A DNA stretch of 63,054 bases, filler included. It is 11 parts of 11 records of this genome, joined end to end, with 100 filler letters (N's around TTAATTAATTAA, not from the genome) between each part and the next. Parts side by side here need not be neighbours in the genome. Positions count along the whole stretch, not along the records: positions 57,557 to 63,054 come from SRR31156797_108616; 10 more parts are not named here. One strand, written 5' to 3'. The position numbers and the translations under genes are program-made. Below, in pieces: positions 61,508 through 63,054 of this stretch. The notes under the pieces were generated by a model, which worked only from the letters and a program-made list of their open reading frames with translations, did no database searches and was not told the origin of the DNA. Each line of letters starts with the position of its first letter. Positions within the stretch are counted from its first letter, which is position 1.

Positions 61508-63043
61508 GTGCAAGACTACCCATGGTGGAGCGATAAGCATAAGAAACTGAGGATAGAAGCCAGGGATTTTACCGACCAGGTCCTCATACCGTTGGCGGAA
61601 AAGGCTTGTTTAAAAAAGGAATACCCGTGGGAAGCGGCCAGGGAGCTGGCTAAAACCGGCTGGTACGGCGCGACTATTCCCGAGAAATACGGTGGGCGCT
61701 TCGAAGAATTGGGCGTTACCGGCGGCTGCATCCTGGCCGAGGAAGTCGGCCGGGCCGGAGCGCTGTCTTTCAATTTTTCCACATCCATTGTCGGCGGTAT
61801 GCAGCAGATCGTGCACGCCGGAACGGAAGAACAAAAACAGAAGTGGCTGCCCCGAATGGCCTCGGGAGAAATAATCGGCTGCATAACCATGACCGAGCCC
61901 TATGCCGGCTCCGATGTTGCCGCCATTGAATCCCCGGCCGTGCGGGACGGCGACCATTATATTGTCAACGGCGTAAAAAGATTCCAGACATCCGCCGCGG
62001 CCGCGGACCTGTACATGTCCTATTTTAGAACCAGCGACGACCCGGCCGACCGGAAATCCTATCGTCACCTGACCGGCATGATTGTTGAAAAAGGCACTCC
62101 CGGTTTCACAGTCGAAAGAGTAAACGACTGGCTGGGCGCCGAAGGCATGTATAACTGTTATCTTCGTTTTGACAATGCCCGGGTGCCGGTGGAAAACGTT
62201 ATCGGCGGAGAAGGCCTGGGCTGGGGCGTGATGATGTCCGGTCTTAATATTGAAAGGTCATTGGGCGCGGCCGGTCCCCTGGGCGCCATGCGCGAAGCCA
62301 TCCGCTACGCCCGCCACCACCTGGAAAGACGCGTACAATTCGGGCAGAAAACAGGCTCCATGCCCATAAACCAATCCAAGCTGGCCGACATGTATTCCCA
62401 ATACCAACTGGCCCGGCTTTTGATTTTCTATTCCGCTCACTGCGCGGACCAGGGGCTGGAAGTGCCCGTCGAATCGGCCTTGTGCAAACTCTACATATCT
62501 GAAGCCGGATTTGATATCGCCAGGGAAGCCATCCAGTGCATGGGCGGCAACGGGGTCATGAAAACATACCCGGTTGAGCGCACCTTGAGGGAAATGAAGC
62601 TTTACCAGATCGCGGCCGGGACCAACGAAGTATTGCGCATGCTCATATACCGTCTTGGCTCGGGCCTGTTCGCGGACGAACTCAAACCCCACGTACGTAT
62701 GATGGATGAAGAAATAGGCCAGCCCCTGCCGGTGGGAATACCGCCTGAAGTAAAAAAGGCCGCGGATGAGAACGACTTGCTTAAAGTCCTGGCTGAAAAC
62801 TACAGGCTCAATCCGGGCCTGCATATGACCGTTGCGGACATACATACATTTTTAAGTTTTGAAGAAGGAGAATTGGAGGGCTATCTCGTATCCCTGGAAG
62901 AAAAAGGTTTGGCGTCCCAATTCTTCAACAGAAAAGGCAAGGTGGAACTGGCCAAGGCGACTTTGAAAGGCATTGCCGAAGCCTATCCGACCGATCATTA
63001 CCGGTACATACCGGACTGGGTCGCGCCGGAAGACGTTTTTTAA
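61508..63043 (+). CDS. acyl-CoA dehydrogenase with a C-terminal extension of about 120 aa
   Basis: IPEKYGG, QKQKWLP, TEPYAGSD, NGVKRF, RVQFG, QCMGGNG, IAAGTNE; AAGGAGG RBS. Confidence 0.93.
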   Translation: MQDYPWWSDKHKKLRIEARDFTDQVLIPLAEKACLKKEYPWEAARELAKTGWYGATIPEKYGGRFEELGVTGGCILAEEVGRAGALSFNFSTSIVGGMQQIVHAGTEEQKQKWLPRMASGEIIGCITMTEPYAGSDVAAIESPAVRDGDHYIVNGVKRFQTSAAAADLYMSYFRTSDDPADRKSYRHLTGMIVEKGTPGFTVERVNDWLGAEGMYNCYLRFDNARVPVENVIGGEGLGWGVMMSGLNIERSLGAAGPLGAMREAIRYARHHLERRVQFGQKTGSMPINQSKLADMYSQYQLARLLIFYSAHCADQGLEVPVESALCKLYISEAGFDIAREAIQCMGGNGVMKTYPVERTLREMKLYQIAAGTNEVLRMLIYRLGSGLFADELKPHVRMMDEEIGQPLPVGIPPEVKKAADENDLLKVLAENYRLNPGLHMTVADIHTFLSFEEGELEGYLVSLEEKGLASQFFNRKGKVELAKATLKGIAEAYPTDHYRYIPDWVAPEDVF

Positions 63044-63054
63044 ATTTACCGCCC

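Overview
This window is not one locus. It is 11 unrelated metagenomic contigs of about 5-7 kb, joined by artificial 100-nt spacers (44 N + TTAATTAATTAA + 44 N). Taxon calls below are inferred from gene content and protein style. (1) 1-5709: alphaproteobacterial rpoC-rpsL-rpsG-fusA-tuf. (2) 5810-11115: Planctomycete-like (Phycisphaerae/Sedimentisphaerales) DNA with a large acidic PA14/discoidin secreted protein and a WD40 fragment. (3) 11216-16347: integrase relic, GH112 phosphorylase and GPH sugar symporter. (4) 16448-21886: spirochaete-like sugar ABC operon with a frameshifted binding protein and a ROK regulator. (5) 21987-27638: B12-radical SAM, KaiC-like double ATPase, a short repeat array and a GH15 start. 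(6) 27739-32744: LarA-like/NadC-like/MoCF-domain genes ahead of mhpD/mhpF-type genes. (7) 32845-38604: AOR, BCCT, non-pyrrolysine MttB, atypical enolase, RidA operon. (8) 38705-45438: LytS/LytTR pair and tandem secreted paralogs. (9) 45539-52268: Bacteroidetes gltX, TMTC-like glycosyltransferase, kbl. (10) 52369-57456: pspF/pspABC and vsr-dcm. (11) 57557-63054: bzdN/bzdO-like genes, a Cys-rich protein and an extended acyl-CoA dehydrogenase. The most notable observation is in contig 2. Two diverged copies of a 370-383 nt non-coding element (minus strand, 5814-6196 and 9724-10093) each begin exactly at the predicted +1 of a matching sigma70 promoter. They share ordered sequence blocks and equivalently placed hairpins of different sequence. 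This is a candidate large structured leader RNA that I do not recognise as a known family.
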